64,000 nucleotides of DNA from contig USEX01000001.1 of NCBI GenBank assembly GCA_900553755.1, positions 29,463 to 93,462 of the forward strand. Direction: 5' to 3'. Below the pieces are notes generated by a model that was not told where the DNA came from, ran no database searches, and was given only the letters and a program-made list of their open reading frames with translations. This DNA comes from an uncultured Clostridium sp. GTDB lineage: Bacteria > Bacillota > Clostridia > TANB77 > CAG-508. A program made the translations under genes and the position numbers. This document shows positions 51,157-61,043 of this stretch, piece after piece. How positions within the stretch are numbered: the first letter of the stretch is position 1; each line of letters starts with the position of its first letter.

Positions 51157-52389
51157 TTAATTATTTTTTTCATCAATTAACCAATCCAATACATTTATCT
51201 TCTTTATTCCATCAAAGTCTGCATCTAAATCATCATCTAATGTCAAAATGTATTTAGGATAATTATCATTTATTTTCCTCAATGGAGTTAATTCTCTATC
51301 TAAAATTTTATTATCTCCTTCATTTTCTCCTCTAGTTGTTAATGCAACTTGATAATATATAGTATTTTCTGGCTTTCTTGCTACGAAATCAACTTCTAAA
51401 TCATCATATTTTCCTATATATACTTCATATCCTCGTCTCAACAATTCAAGATACACAACATTTTCTAATATATGCCCCATATCTCGACCAGAGCCTTGTC
51501 CTAACATATAATATCTTAATCCTATATCTATTACATAATATTTTTCTTGAGTTTTTAAAAACTCTTTTCTTTTAATATCATATCTGTTGGCTTTAAATAC
51601 TAAATAGCTATCTATTAATGCATCTACATAGTTTGAAATTGTATTATATGATGGATTTTTATCTATTCCTTCAATATTATCACTTATGCTTTTCATACTT
51701 GTTCTATTTCCTATGTTGTCATACAAATATTTTGTAACTCTTTCTAAGACATTCTTATCTGTTATTCCCTTTCTTTGCATTACATCTTTAAATAAAATAG
51801 TATTATATATTCCATCTAAAAATAAATTTATATTTTCTGGGTTTATTTTATATAATTGGGCTGCTTGAGGAAATGAACTATATCTTAGATAATCTCTAAA
51901 TTTTCTTGACAAGTCTGTTTTATCTTCAAAGCTTGATAAATATTCTTTAAACGATAATGGTAACATTTTTATTTCTATATATCTTCCTGTAAGCAATGTT
52001 GCTAATTCTGAAGATAATAAATATGCATTTGAACCTGTTATATATAAGTCTACATCTTTATTTATAAATAAACTATCTACTGTTTTTTCAAATTCGTTTA
52101 CATTTTGAATTTCATCTAGAAAAACGTATGTCTTTTTTCCTTTTACTAATCTTTCTTTTATATATTCATATAATTTTTTTCTGTCTTGTAATTCCTCATA
52201 ATCTGCGTTTTCAAAATTTATTGATATTATTTGCTTTGCTTCTACTCCATTTTCTTTTAAGTAATCTTGAAAAATTTCAAGTAATGTTGATTTCCCACAT
52301 CTTCTTATTCCTGTGATAACTTTTATTATTTGTTGATCTTTGAAATTTTTTAATATAGATAAATAATTTTCTCTACTTATTATTTCCAT
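51157..52389 (-). CDS. AAA+ ATPase with C-terminal DUF4143-type domain
   Basis: Walker A is VITGIRRCGKSTLLE and Walker B is YVFLDEIQNV. The likely start is MEIISRENYL at 52389 (RBS AGGAGGAG). The tracked ORF is longer. Confidence 0.75.
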   Translation of the reverse strand: MEIISRENYLSILKNFKDQQIIKVITGIRRCGKSTLLEIFQDYLKENGVEAKQIISINFENADYEELQDRKKLYEYIKERLVKGKKTYVFLDEIQNVNEFEKTVDSLFINKDVDLYITGSNAYLLSSELATLLTGRYIEIKMLPLSFKEYLSSFEDKTDLSRKFRDYLRYSSFPQAAQLYKINPENINLFLDGIYNTILFKDVMQRKGITDKNVLERVTKYLYDNIGNRTSMKSISDNIEGIDKNPSYNTISNYVDALIDSYLVFKANRYDIKRKEFLKTQEKYYVIDIGLRYYMLGQGSGRDMGHILENVVYLELLRRGYEVYIGKYDDLEVDFVARKPENTIYYQVALTTRGENEGDNKILDRELTPLRKINDNYPKYILTLDDDLDADFDGIKKINVLDWLIDEKNN

Positions 52390-52673
52390 AAATCTCCTCC
52401 TAACTATAATAATTATACTATCTTTTATTATTATAGTCAAGTTCTTTCAAAATTATGAAAAAACTTTTGATTTTTCAGTAGTTTTTTCAAATGGCTCCTA
52501 TGTAATTTTTTTTAAAAGTAATAAAAATAAAGGAAATATCAATGTTTTTGAGATTTTTTCTCAAATTTTATTGATATTCCCTATTATTTTTTACTTGATT
52601 ATGTATCGAAGTTTTATCTGTCTATATACAAATAATTCAAACTTCTGCATAACGTTTCGTTATTATTCGTATT

Positions 52674-53063
52674 TTATAACACATATTTAGATATAAGCGA
52701 ATTTATCATTCTTATATCAACATTTGATTTAAAATCAAATTGTAATATATGTCCATTACTAAATGTAAGGATTAGTTCGCTATCTATATCCATAAAACCC
52801 GCTGTTTCTATTCCATAATACTGTATTTTTGAATACGGATATGAAAAATATGCAATTTTTTTACCTGTGACTCCCTTTACATTCACAACAAAAATTCTAT
52901 TATTAGTAAATATAACCTGATCTCTAATAGTTTTAAATGCACACATTATTTTTTCACTATCTACTAATAATTTCTCAATTTCTGGTCGTACTTCTTTTAT
53001 TTCTATAGCTTTTAAGTTTAAAAAATTAGAATCTAAATTAATTCCTGTAGAAATATTTGGCAT
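52674..53063 (-). CDS. Bacterial PH-domain (bPH/YokE-like) protein
   Basis: It is 129 aa, with the segment DQVIFTNNRIFVVNVKG...ELILTFSNGHILQFDF. Confidence 0.4.
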   Translation of the reverse strand: MPNISTGINLDSNFLNLKAIEIKEVRPEIEKLLVDSEKIMCAFKTIRDQVIFTNNRIFVVNVKGVTGKKIAYFSYPYSKIQYYGIETAGFMDIDSELILTFSNGHILQFDFKSNVDIRMINSLISKYVL

Positions 53064-53177
53064 AACATCCCCTCCTTTTTTATTTTTAGCAATATAATTA
53101 TATCATATTTTTAAAAGTCATCTAATTATGTAATATAATATCGGATTTTATTTTGTAATCAAATAAAAATTCAATAT

Positions 53178-53948
53178 TTATTCAAATATACTTTCATATT
53201 CTAATGGTACAATATTTTCATATAATAAAGTAAACTGTGAATTTACTTGCTTATAATCATGATAATGTCCAAAATACCATCTTTTAAATGTGCATTTTTC
53301 TGAAATCTGCTGTAAATAGTCAGTTAAAACATCTCTTTTATATGTTGAATTTATTAATGCTTGTACATTTGTTGGGCAACAATGAGATATGATGTAATCT
53401 ACTTTGTAATTTATTTTTTCTAGATTTTTTATTCCATTTTCCATTTCTTGCTTTGTGGGAAGCTCTAAATCCCACCATGAAAAATCTCTAATTCTAAAAT
53501 ATGCTCCTCTTTTACGATACTCATATATTTTTTCTTCTTCATCTAAATTCAATATTCCATCTTGAATATCATGCGATTTAGCACCACCAAAAGCAAATAT
53601 TTTTTTATTATCAATATCAAAAATTTCTCCTCTCATTAAGTGTAATACTAAATCTCTTATCTTGTGTACTTTTCCACCTTTCCATTCTTCAATTGGATGA
53701 TTATATAATCTTGTATAATTTTCATAATTTCCATCTACAAACAATGTGGTAAAATTTTTATTGTCTAACCAATCTAGTAGCTCTTTTTCTCTGCTACTCT
53801 CTTCTTCAAATGTCCATACTCCACCAAAATCTCCACATATTATTACATAATCATCTTCCGTCATTTCTGATTGTATTGGAAATTTTTCTTCGGTAAATCG
53901 TTGAAAATCACTATGTGTATCGCCTGTAATGTATATCATAATTCTCAC
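53178..53948 (-). CDS. Calcineurin-like metallophosphoesterase
   Basis: The motifs YITGDTHSD, ICGDFGGVW, VDGNYENY and GHYHDY are present (GDxH / GDxxD / GNHE-like / GHxH). Confidence 0.8.
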   Translation of the reverse strand: MRIMIYITGDTHSDFQRFTEEKFPIQSEMTEDDYVIICGDFGGVWTFEEESSREKELLDWLDNKNFTTLFVDGNYENYTRLYNHPIEEWKGGKVHKIRDLVLHLMRGEIFDIDNKKIFAFGGAKSHDIQDGILNLDEEEKIYEYRKRGAYFRIRDFSWWDLELPTKQEMENGIKNLEKINYKVDYIISHCCPTNVQALINSTYKRDVLTDYLQQISEKCTFKRWYFGHYHDYKQVNSQFTLLYENIVPLEYESIFE

Positions 53949-53954
53949 CTTCTT

Positions 53955-54455
53955 TTAGAATTCTTCATTAGAGTAGTCTTTTCCAAATCTACTTGGAGTA
54001 AAATACTTAACTTCTCCCTTATCATTTACTGAAAAGATATGTAAACACAAAATTTCTGCTATTTCCTTTGGTATTCTTCTTAATGCAACTTGTGCTGATT
54101 CCCAATATAGTCCTAATCCATATTTATATGCATGATTTATTCCTGATATTTTTCCATCTGTTTTGGACATAGAATATCTTTTTACATCCATTCTTGTTAT
54201 TATTTGCCCTAAAGCATTTAGCCATCCCTCTCTATTGATTGACTTAGCAGATTTTGCATAGGATTTGCCTTTACACTCAATATAAAAATATTCACTATTT
54301 CTTTTACCACCAACTAATTTTATATCAACACCATGTTGATGTAATTCACTCTTTTTTACTTTTTCTTCATGCCAATTACCATTTTCTTTATTTATCATAA
54401 ATTCTATGATTTTGTCTACAATAAATTGTTCTGTGATTTTTTCATTCATTTGCAT
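53955..54455 (-). CDS. Small PD-(D/E)xK nuclease-fold protein (166 aa)
   Basis: It has the motif GVDIKLV ... EYFYIECKGK (D-x15-E-x-K). It lies 17 nt downstream of hsdR and 6 nt upstream of the phosphoesterase. Confidence 0.5.
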   Translation of the reverse strand: MQMNEKITEQFIVDKIIEFMINKENGNWHEEKVKKSELHQHGVDIKLVGGKRNSEYFYIECKGKSYAKSAKSINREGWLNALGQIITRMDVKRYSMSKTDGKISGINHAYKYGLGLYWESAQVALRRIPKEIAEILCLHIFSVNDKGEVKYFTPSRFGKDYSNEEF

Positions 54456-54472
54456 TAATCCCCTTTTATATA

Positions 54473-57400
54473 TTAGTTTTCTTCAATCATTCCTTTGCAT
54501 TGTAATTCTGCTTGTCTAATAACTAATTGAACTGCTGAATCTCTTTTAACTGGTGGATAATCATATTTTATTAATAGTTTTTTTATTTCATATCTCATTC
54601 TAGCTCTAGCATCTTTTCTAATATCCCAATCTATTGTCATATTTGAATTTATTGTATCTACTAATTCTTTTGCTATTTTTACTAAAGTTTCATCTTTCAT
54701 CAATTCTTTAACCTGAGGATCATTGCCTAATGCATCAAAAAAGGCTTTTTCTTCAACTGATAAATTATATTCATTTCCTGCTGCTAGTTCTTTTTCAATT
54801 TCGTTTTTTAGATTTATCATTTCTTGTATTATTTTTTCTATATCTTCTACACTTGTTCTTTCATTGTATGCTGTTGCTATTTTTTGAAATTTTGTAGAGA
54901 ATTTTTCTTGCATAACAATATTTTGTATTCCCACTTTTTCAACATAATCTTTTAATGCCTGATTCAAGATTTCTACTGCAATGTTCTTTTTTTGCATTTT
55001 TGCTATTTTATTCATCAATTCATCACTTAGAAGCATTATTCTATTACTATTTTGTACTTTTCCAATTTGTAACATTTCATCATCTTGGATTGCTCTTTCA
55101 AGCATTTTTCCAACATGTTCGTTAATTTCTTTGCTATCTATTGTATTTCCACTATTGCTTAACTTTTTTATAAATGATCTAACTGAAATAAAAAATAATA
55201 TTTCATCCTTTATTTCTTGTGTTAGTTCTCCTGCACATAATGAATATAAATTTTTACAATCATAACTATATTTTAAAAATTCTTTCTTAGTCTTTTCATC
55301 TTTTAAAACCCAATCTGCTCCTGCCATAATTATTTCATACTTATCACTATCTGTTGTTGTAGCAAAATGGCTATATATAAATCCATGAAATATATTTCTT
55401 ATTAATTCGATTTTGTCCATTAAAACTTTAACAATTTCCGTATTGTCTACTACGTTTCCTTGATCACGTTTTGTATAAGTCTTTAATGCATCTATTAACC
55501 ATCTTTTTAATCCAATATAATCTACAATTAGTCCTCCCTGTTTGTCTTTAAATACTCTATTTACTCTTGCTATTGCTTGCATTAAGTTATGTGCTTTCAT
55601 TGGCTTGTCTACATACATTGTCCCTAGTGATGGTACATCAAATCCAGTAAGCCACATATCCACAACAATTGCAATTTTGAATTCCGAATTATAATCTTTA
55701 AAGTCTTTTTCAAGTTGATGTTTATCTTTTGAAGAGCCAATTGCTTTTTGCATTTCTTCATCATCTTTATTATTTGATGTTATTACCATATGTATTTTAT
55801 TTTTCCATTCTGGCTTTAATTCTAAAAATTTTTTATACATTGTATATGCTGTTCTTCTTGAGTAAGCAACAACCATTGCTTTATTTGCAACTGTATTTTC
55901 AATATCACTATAATTTTTTATAATATCTTTTACTATAAGTTCTAATCTATCTGGATCTTCAATAATTTCTTGCATTTTTGCCATTTCTTTTTTAGATTCA
56001 TTTAATGTTTCTTCATCTACACCTTCATCCTTTTCAAGATATGTGTAATAATCGTCTATCTCATCTAATATCTTTTGGTTTAATCCAACTCTTGCCATCC
56101 TTGCTTCATACATAATCGGTACTGTTGCGCCATCGAGAATTGCTTGAGTCATATCATATGTATCTATTACATTTCCGAAAATTTCTGATGTTGACTTATC
56201 TTTTGTTTCGACTGGGGTACCTGTAAATCCAATATAAGTAGCATTTGGAAATGCTGTATGTAAATATTTTGCAGTTCCGTATTTTTTATATGCTATCATT
56301 TTTTCTTTATCAAATTTCATTGTAGCATCTATGCCGTAATGACTTCTATGTGCTTCATCAACTAAAACTAAAATATCATCTCTTTTACTAAATACTCCTG
56401 TTTCTTCTTCAAATTTTTGTAATGTTGTAAAAAATATTCCTCCTGATATTCTATTATCAAGCTTCTCATTTAAATCTGTCCTACTCTCAATTTGCACTGG
56501 TTTTTGTTTTAGAAATTCTGAACACTGTGAAAATGTATTGAATAATTGATCATCTAAATCATTTCTATCTGTAACTACAACAATACTTGGATTTTTTAAT
56601 ATTTTTATCATATTTGCTGAATAGAACACCATAGAAAAACTTTTACCTGATCCTTGTGTATGCCATAATATTCCTGCTTTTCCTGTTCTTTCGTTATAAG
56701 CTTTTTCTGTGCTTTTAATTGCTTTTTTTACACCAAAATATTGATGATATGCTGCTAAAATTTTATTATCTCCACTCCACATTATAAAGTTATTTATAAT
56801 GTCCATTATTCTGTCTTTTCTCATCATTCCATTAAATAATGTATTATGTGTTGCCATATTTTCTTTTACAACATCTGTATCTTCAATCTTTTTCCATTCT
56901 GAAAATCTACTCCATGGACTTGTTATAGTTCCTGCTCTTGCTTGTACACCATCACTCACTATTAAAAATTGATTATAATAAAATAATGTTGGAATATGTA
57001 CATTTTGATATCCTTTTAACTGGTTATATCCATCTTCTAATTTTACTTCTTCTCTCGTTGTGCTTTTTAATTCAATAACTACTAGGGGCATTCCATTAAT
57101 AAACACAATTATATCAGGACGTTTTTCACTTTCTTCAATAATTGTATATTGATTAATTGCTTTAAATGTATTTATTTCTATATTATTAAAATCAATTACT
57201 TTTATTGTTTTGTATCTAGTTGTTCCATCTTCTTGAATTGGAACTTTTATTCCTTCTAATAAATACTGTGTAAATTGTTTATTGTTTAATATTGTATTAT
57301 TATTGTCCAAATTCTTTATTAAACGGATAACTTCTTTAATATCTTCATTTGTAATATTTTTATTTAATTTTGTTATCGCTCTTTCTAAGTCATCATCTAG

Positions 57401-57511
57401 TATTACATTTGAATAATTTTCTCTTTCTAATTCATATCCATTTAATGTTTCATATCCTAAGTTTGTTAATAATTCCATTGTTATTTTTTCTAGTGTTGCT
57501 TCATCAAACAT
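54473..57511 (-). CDS. hsdR: Type I restriction enzyme R subunit
   Basis: It is 1012 aa with Walker A ILWHTQGSGKSFSMVF and DEAH box LVLVDEAHRSHYG. The nuclease motif region is VVIELKSTTRE. Confidence 0.9.
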   Translation of the reverse strand: MFDEATLEKITMELLTNLGYETLNGYELERENYSNVILDDDLERAITKLNKNITNEDIKEVIRLIKNLDNNNTILNNKQFTQYLLEGIKVPIQEDGTTRYKTIKVIDFNNIEINTFKAINQYTIIEESEKRPDIIVFINGMPLVVIELKSTTREEVKLEDGYNQLKGYQNVHIPTLFYYNQFLIVSDGVQARAGTITSPWSRFSEWKKIEDTDVVKENMATHNTLFNGMMRKDRIMDIINNFIMWSGDNKILAAYHQYFGVKKAIKSTEKAYNERTGKAGILWHTQGSGKSFSMVFYSANMIKILKNPSIVVVTDRNDLDDQLFNTFSQCSEFLKQKPVQIESRTDLNEKLDNRISGGIFFTTLQKFEEETGVFSKRDDILVLVDEAHRSHYGIDATMKFDKEKMIAYKKYGTAKYLHTAFPNATYIGFTGTPVETKDKSTSEIFGNVIDTYDMTQAILDGATVPIMYEARMARVGLNQKILDEIDDYYTYLEKDEGVDEETLNESKKEMAKMQEIIEDPDRLELIVKDIIKNYSDIENTVANKAMVVAYSRRTAYTMYKKFLELKPEWKNKIHMVITSNNKDDEEMQKAIGSSKDKHQLEKDFKDYNSEFKIAIVVDMWLTGFDVPSLGTMYVDKPMKAHNLMQAIARVNRVFKDKQGGLIVDYIGLKRWLIDALKTYTKRDQGNVVDNTEIVKVLMDKIELIRNIFHGFIYSHFATTTDSDKYEIIMAGADWVLKDEKTKKEFLKYSYDCKNLYSLCAGELTQEIKDEILFFISVRSFIKKLSNSGNTIDSKEINEHVGKMLERAIQDDEMLQIGKVQNSNRIMLLSDELMNKIAKMQKKNIAVEILNQALKDYVEKVGIQNIVMQEKFSTKFQKIATAYNERTSVEDIEKIIQEMINLKNEIEKELAAGNEYNLSVEEKAFFDALGNDPQVKELMKDETLVKIAKELVDTINSNMTIDWDIRKDARARMRYEIKKLLIKYDYPPVKRDSAVQLVIRQAELQCKGMIEEN

Positions 57512-57606
57512 AATTTGCCCCCTAAATTATATTATTTTATTACTATATTTATACTTTTTTCAGTTTTTCATTATTATATACTGCTTATTTGTCCATTTTT
57601 AATCAT

Positions 57607-57700
57607 ACAAATAGTAATTTGTATGATTATATTTCTATTTTATCTAAGTCTATTTCTCCACTCATAAGTTTTGGTAGTAATGCATCTCTTAACTGTGTTA
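57607..57700. repeat. ~94-bp repeat copy A at 3' end of hsdS1 (direct repeat of 59876-59969), includes 12-bp palindrome AATCATACAAATagtaATTTGTATGATT
   Basis: The first 73 bp are identical to the second copy and the remainder is about 85% identical. Confidence 0.85.
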
Positions 57701-58811
57701 ATGATTGATTTTGTTCACTATTTAAAATCATTTTGCTATAAATTGGATTACATTTTTCATAAAATGTCTCTAATTCATCTTCTTTAGGAATTGGAATTTC
57801 AATATTTTCAATATCTGATGTGCTAATATTAGGTTGAGCACTACCATATCCTTTTGAATTTAGCGTATTTTGCATATCCTCTAATAGAAATAAACAATTT
57901 AAATATAATTCACTATATTTATCATTTCCTCTTATAACACCAACACGTTGATTTAAGAAATATCTATAATCTTGTCCATATAAATATCCTGTTTTTCCTA
58001 ATTCAGCCCCTGTCATTGCTATAATTACATTACCTCTTAATAGTAAAAACTTTTTGTCTACTTTGTCAGCCACTTCATCATATACACATTGAGTATTATC
58101 TATATCAACTCCGCTTGCACTTATGTTTTTTATTTTTAAAATTTTGTTGTTTGTAGTCTCATTTAGTAAATCTTTACCTTTAAATGCGTAACCACCTTGA
58201 ATTTTTCCTATATCATTAACATTCCCATTTCGCACAAATTCATTATTATAATAATGTTCCTTAATATATTGTTCTAAAATCTTGTACAAATTATCATTTG
58301 TTTTATTATTTAATCCAATTTTATTATCTATATTATTTAATATTTTTACAATTTTATCTTGAATATTTCTAGCTGGTAAATCTATTTCTATATTTTCAAA
58401 AGTTGATTTATTAAGTATTGGCATTGTTGATCCGCCAGCGATTCCTTTTAAATATTCTTTTTTATCACTAAAATAATAATATAAATAGTGAGGATTGCAT
58501 ATATCTTTAATATCTGTTATAGAATTGATTTGCTGATTTGTAATTCCTGGTCTATTAATCATATATACCTTTCCCATATCAGAGCCTATACAACTGATAC
58601 ATACACTATCTTTTTTAATTATTTGTGATTTAAATTTATCTTCTACAAAAGATGTTAAATATCGTTCCGTGCTCTCTATATATTTGCAATTATCTTTCAT
58701 ATCCCTTGGAGTAACAAACAAATACTTATCAGCTAGTTCTGAAAAATTTTCAAGTTGTTTAGTTGATGGAGTTTTTCCAGTTACAATTTTACCTATATCT
58801 TTTAATTTCAT
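57627..58811 (-). CDS. hsdS: Type I R-M specificity subunit (full length, two TRDs)
   Basis: It is 394 aa with the central conserved KTNDNLYKILEQ and the C-terminal LRDALLPKLMSGEIDLDKIEI. Confidence 0.85.
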   Translation of the reverse strand: MKLKDIGKIVTGKTPSTKQLENFSELADKYLFVTPRDMKDNCKYIESTERYLTSFVEDKFKSQIIKKDSVCISCIGSDMGKVYMINRPGITNQQINSITDIKDICNPHYLYYYFSDKKEYLKGIAGGSTMPILNKSTFENIEIDLPARNIQDKIVKILNNIDNKIGLNNKTNDNLYKILEQYIKEHYYNNEFVRNGNVNDIGKIQGGYAFKGKDLLNETTNNKILKIKNISASGVDIDNTQCVYDEVADKVDKKFLLLRGNVIIAMTGAELGKTGYLYGQDYRYFLNQRVGVIRGNDKYSELYLNCLFLLEDMQNTLNSKGYGSAQPNISTSDIENIEIPIPKEDELETFYEKCNPIYSKMILNSEQNQSLTQLRDALLPKLMSGEIDLDKIEI

Positions 58812-58822
58812 AAAACTTTCTC

Positions 58823-59824
58823 CTATCCTATATACTTTCTATGTGATATTTTCACATTATTTTGATTTACCATTGCATAATGCATAGTTGTCTCTATTTT
58901 TACATGTCCTAATAATTTTTGTACTTGTTCTATTGGCATACCTTTATCAATTGCCATTGTTGCTAGTGTTCTTCTAAATTTATGTGGATGAACTTTATTT
59001 ATTTCTGTTTCTAATCCTATTTTTCTAACTATCAATTCAATTCCAGCAATTGATAGTCTTTGGTACGGCTTATTTTTCGAAACAAATAATGCTTCATTCT
59101 CATCTTGTCGAGTGTTTATGTATTGTTTTAGATGTATTTTTGTTCTTGCATCAAAATATACTTCTCTTTGCTTATTTCCTTTTCCAAATGCTTTACAAGA
59201 TCGATCTTCAAAATTAATATCTGAAATATTCAATTTTATTAATTCTCCAACTCTTATTCCCGTTGAATATAATAATTCAATTAATACTAAATCTCTAATA
59301 CAATTACTTGTATCTCGTAATTTTTCAAGATTTTCATCTGTTAAAGTTTCTTTTATTATTGTTGGTGTTTTTACCTTATGTATTCTTCTAACGGGACTCT
59401 TTATAATATAGTCTTCATCCTCTAACCAAGCAAAAAAACTAGATAAAACTCTTCTTAAATTATCAATAGTTACTGCATTACATTTTGTATTTTCTTTGTA
59501 ATCTGCTAAATATTTCCTGATTTCTTCTGTTTGAATCTCTTTAATTGGCTTATCTATTGTATTTATTAATTTCTCGATGATTTCTCTGTAGTATTTTAAA
59601 GTTCTAGTTGAACAACCCTCTACTTCTTTTGCAGAAAGAAAAATATTTATATAATTATCATTGGTTTCTTTTATCTGTTGTTTTTCTTTTTCATCAGTTA
59701 AAATATTTATTTCAACTTTTTTTAAATTATTCTCAAGTGTTTCTTTTAATTTTTCTAATTGATATTGAGTTAATACAAGTGCCATATCATTTGTAATGTT
59801 AATAATTATGTCTGTTTTAATCAT
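58823..59824 (-). CDS. Tyrosine site-specific recombinase (phage-integrase family) embedded in hsdS locus
   Basis: The catalytic C-terminus is HPHKFRRTLATMA ... LLGHVKIETTMHYAMV (R, HxxR and Y present). It is 333 aa. Confidence 0.85.
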   Translation of the reverse strand: MIKTDIIINITNDMALVLTQYQLEKLKETLENNLKKVEINILTDEKEKQQIKETNDNYINIFLSAKEVEGCSTRTLKYYREIIEKLINTIDKPIKEIQTEEIRKYLADYKENTKCNAVTIDNLRRVLSSFFAWLEDEDYIIKSPVRRIHKVKTPTIIKETLTDENLEKLRDTSNCIRDLVLIELLYSTGIRVGELIKLNISDINFEDRSCKAFGKGNKQREVYFDARTKIHLKQYINTRQDENEALFVSKNKPYQRLSIAGIELIVRKIGLETEINKVHPHKFRRTLATMAIDKGMPIEQVQKLLGHVKIETTMHYAMVNQNNVKISHRKYIG

Positions 59825-59875
59825 ATAATATTCCTCCTCTAAAGAATATTATATCATTTTATGTAAATTAGTTAA

Positions 59876-59969
59876 ACAAATAGTAATTTGTATGATTATA
59901 TTTCTATTTTATCTAAGTCTATTTCTCCACTCATAAGTTTTGGTAGTAGTGTATCTCTTAATTGCTCTA
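59876..59969. repeat. ~94-bp repeat copy B at 3' end of hsdS half-cassette
   Basis: It matches 57607-57700 in the same orientation. Confidence 0.85.
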
Positions 59970-60483
59970 ATGTTTCATTTTGAGAAATATTTAAAAAATA
60001 CTTATTTTGTATTTGTTTTGCAATGTTATTGTATTCTTTTAAAATAGCATCACTTGGAACTTTAACAATAATGTCTTTAATATTGTCAATCGTTATTTGT
60101 GGTTGTGCAGAACCGGTTGTATACGAATAATAAGGATTTAATAATGATAATTCTTTTAGATAAAAATAATACTTTCTATCACATTCTAATATCAATGAAT
60201 TATTAGTAACAAAGCAGTTTGGCTTTGTAAATATGACTTTGCCTGATGCTGCACCTCTACATGAAACAAGAACTTGCGATTCATCATACATTTTTTCTTT
60301 ATAAAACCCTATAATCCCGTTACCACCATACACTGGATAACCTTCTGATAATATATTCTTTGTTGGTAGTCCTTTTCCGTATTTAATATTACAAAATTCT
60401 TTTAAAGTTAATTCTTTAATGTAATTATTTTTATTATTATCATTAAAATATTTAAAAAATAACTGTTTAGACAATTCTAACAA
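59896..60483 (-). CDS. hsdS: hsdS half-cassette (central conserved region + TRD + conserved C-terminus); TTG-initiated or silent
   Basis: The frame reads TNDNL-LELSKQLFFKYF ... LRDTLLPKLMSGEIDLDKIEI. The last 18 residues are near-identical to hsdS1. Confidence 0.7.
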   Translation of the reverse strand: MLELSKQLFFKYFNDNNKNNYIKELTLKEFCNIKYGKGLPTKNILSEGYPVYGGNGIIGFYKEKMYDESQVLVSCRGAASGKVIFTKPNCFVTNNSLILECDRKYYFYLKELSLLNPYYSYTTGSAQPQITIDNIKDIIVKVPSDAILKEYNNIAKQIQNKYFLNISQNETLEQLRDTLLPKLMSGEIDLDKIEI

Positions 60484-60535
60484 ATTATCATTTGTTTAAT
60501 TCTTAAGCCACATTATATAACAAATTATCATTTGT
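60480..60535. repeat. 17-bp direct repeat aacaaattatcatttgt x2 flanking a 23-bp spacer (40-bp frameshifting insertion in hsdS2); a third copy lies at 58286-58301 in hsdS1
   Basis: Each copy encodes the conserved central TNDNL. The upstream half reads TNDNL-LYNVA-stop and the downstream half reads TNDNL-LELSKQ in a different frame. Confidence 0.8.
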
Positions 60536-61018
60536 CTGAATATTTAATTCTATTTTTTTATCAATATCAAATAATACTTTTGATATTTTCTTTTGCTGCG
60601 ATTTATCAAAATCTAGAATCTCTATATTTTCCAATTCTTTTCTATTTATAGAATCAAATACTGTTCCAGTAGATTTCATTTTAATTTCTTTTATAGAATT
60701 TTTCAGCAAATAATATAAATATTGATTATTACCATCTTTCATTTCTATTGAACATAGACCTCTGCCAATACATATGTCTTTATTAGCTATATTCAAATCC
60801 CCTACCGGAGCTCTTACACTCATTAATACTGAATTTTTTTTCCCAATTTTTTTTGGTTCTGTTGTCCAAGTATCAATTGTTGGATATAAAAAATTAAAAG
60901 TTTTATTCCCCTGTAAAAAAGGAATCCCTCTTCCATTATTATTGTAAGAACTTCCACTTGGAGATTGTCCCATATTAATATCTGCTATTTCCTTTAATTT
61001 AATTTTATTAAACTGCAT
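60503..61018 (-). CDS. hsdS: hsdS half-cassette (N-terminal TRD + central conserved region), truncated by stop after TNDNLLYNVA
   Basis: It starts MQFNKIKLKEIADINMGQSP, which is typical of an HsdS N-terminus, and ends IDKKIELNIQTNDNLLYNVA. The tracked ORF extends to 61075. Confidence 0.7.
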   Translation of the reverse strand: MQFNKIKLKEIADINMGQSPSGSSYNNNGRGIPFLQGNKTFNFLYPTIDTWTTEPKKIGKKNSVLMSVRAPVGDLNIANKDICIGRGLCSIEMKDGNNQYLYYLLKNSIKEIKMKSTGTVFDSINRKELENIEILDFDKSQQKKISKVLFDIDKKIELNIQTNDNLLYNVA

Positions 61019-61043
61019 TTTATACCTACCTTTTTTGATTATT

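Noticed and set aside
57607-59969. Interpreting the hsdS repeats as an inversion shufflon
   Set aside because: Both long repeats and all three 17-bp repeats are in direct orientation on the same strand. Simple inversion cannot therefore be the mechanism, and the locus is reported as non-canonical instead.
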